Origin: Octopus bimaculoides
Lineage: Eukaryota
DNA: 64,000 bases
Assembly: GCF_001194135.2 (NCBI RefSeq)
Contig: NC_068989.1
Location: forward strand, 71,721,671-71,785,670
Reading direction: 5' to 3'
The notes under the pieces: model-generated
Database searches by the model: none
What the model was told of the DNA's origin: nothing
Seen by the model: only the letters and a program-made list of their open reading frames with translations
Shown here: positions 62,501 to 64,000 of the stretch, in pieces
How the letters are laid out: each line of letters begins with the position of its first letter
Position numbering within the stretch: the first letter of the stretch is position 1
Program-made: the position numbers and the translations under genes

Positions 62501-62959
62501 TATTTAATTTTGTTTAACTCTTTAGTATTCTGATTATTCTGTCAAATTTTTCCTTTTTTGTTTTTTATTCTTTTAACTTGGTTCAGTCATTTGATTGTGT
62601 CCATGCTGGAGCACTACCTTGAAAGGTTTTAGTCAAACAAATCGACCCAGGACTTTATAGTCTTAAAGCCTAGTACTTATTCTATTGGCCAATTTTGCTG
62701 AACTGCTAAGTTATGGGGACATAACCATACCAACACCAGTTGTCAAGCAGTGATGAAGGGACAAACACACACACACACACACATATGTATATACATATAT
62801 ATATAAATATATATATACAGTGGGCTTATTTCAGATTCTGTTGGCAAAATCCACTCACAAGGCTCAGATAAGATGAAAGGCAAAGTTGACCTCAACAGTA
62901 TTTGAACACAGAATGTAAAGAGTTGAAAGAAAAGTGGTTAAGCATTTTGTTCTGCATGT

Positions 62960-63377
62960 AAAGACTGAACCACCTCGCTGTTTTTTCAAGCATGGTATAT
63001 TGCCAAAGGTCTTGGTCACTTTTCACTGTCTCTATGAGGCCCAGAGTTTGAAAGGTGCTTTTTACATGTCACTGGTACAGGTGCTAGATATAAGACACTG
63101 GCATTGGCCACAACTGTGATTTCACTTGGTTTGACAGGTCTTCTCAAACACAGCATATTGCCTGACAATCGAAGGATGCTTTTTTTTATATGCCACTGGA
63201 ATGAGTGCCAGTTATACATCACTGGCTTTGGCCACAACTGCAATGTCACTTGGCTTGATGGGTCTTCTCAAGCACGGCCTATCGCCAAAGGTTTCGGTCA
63301 CTTGTCATTGCCTCCATGAGGCTCAACATTCGAAGATCATGCTTCATGACCTTGTCCCATGTCTTCCTGGGTCTACC
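62960..63377 (-). mobile_element. RTE-clade LINE 3' fragment
   Basis: GRPRKTWDKVMKHDLRMLSLMEAMTSDRNLWR*AVLEKTHQAK* at 63377-63246. Confidence 0.85.
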
Positions 63378-63897
63378 ACTTCCACAGTTAGAGATTGGCA
63401 CTTTGTCAGTACATATTTAAATATATATAACTATTCAGGTATGGCCAAATGATTAAAATGTTGATTTCATAATCACGAAGATCTAGGTTCAATTCTACAG
63501 CACAACATCTGGAGCAAATGCTTCTTGCAGAAAGCCTTAGTTCAACCAAACATTCCAAATAAATTTGAGTAAATAGAAATGGCTCAGAAGCTCTTTGAAT
63601 GGCCTATATTTGTAATTCCAGCAACCAGCTTCATCATACTTTATTAGGCCAATTCTCTATGACAATTACATTGAGAATACACATGTGCATATTGTCTGTG
63701 GAATATGCAGTTACTAATTTGCTAATTCAATAAGCAGGCCATTCTCATCGATTGAACACTTGGAATGTTCATTGTCAAAATGAGCAGAGAGCTATTTACA
63801 TTCATATTTTTGTAGAATAGATCAAGACAAAGACTGCCAAGAGAAGTGTGTATGTAAAAGTTCTTCAACATGCAAGCACTGATGATGTAAAGCCATA

Positions 63898-63960
<63 letters not shown>

Positions 63961-64000
63961 TTACATAGACAGATAGATAGAGCTATTTTGTTTGTATACT

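Overview
AT-rich, microsatellite- and SINE-dense animal genomic DNA with many N gaps. The repeat repertoire looks like an octopus/cephalopod assembly (inference, not proven). Two convergent intron-containing genes were reconstructed by hand. (1) A 5-exon SLC16/monocarboxylate-transporter-like MFS gene on + (4290-13756, about 563 aa) with unusual pore residues. (2) The last three coding exons of a diamine/thialysine N-acetyltransferase (SSAT, SAT1/SAT2 family) on - (48404->27612); its first ~40 codons were not securely found. The rest is transposon debris: several tRNA-derived SINE families, RTE, L1/Tx1 and RLE-type LINE fragments, a Penelope GIY-YIG fragment, a MULE transposase pseudogene, a Helitron helicase fragment, HINE-like elements and hAT/Tc1-mariner MITEs. 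The most interesting spot is intron 1 of the transporter. In about 700 bp it holds a duplicated partial exon 2 with an intact acceptor and an in-frame stop, a near-perfect 65-bp hairpin, and a sense-strand type I hammerhead ribozyme fold with a single C.A mismatch next to the cleavage site. Almost all ORFs in the supplied track are artefacts of microsatellites, SINEs or N runs.
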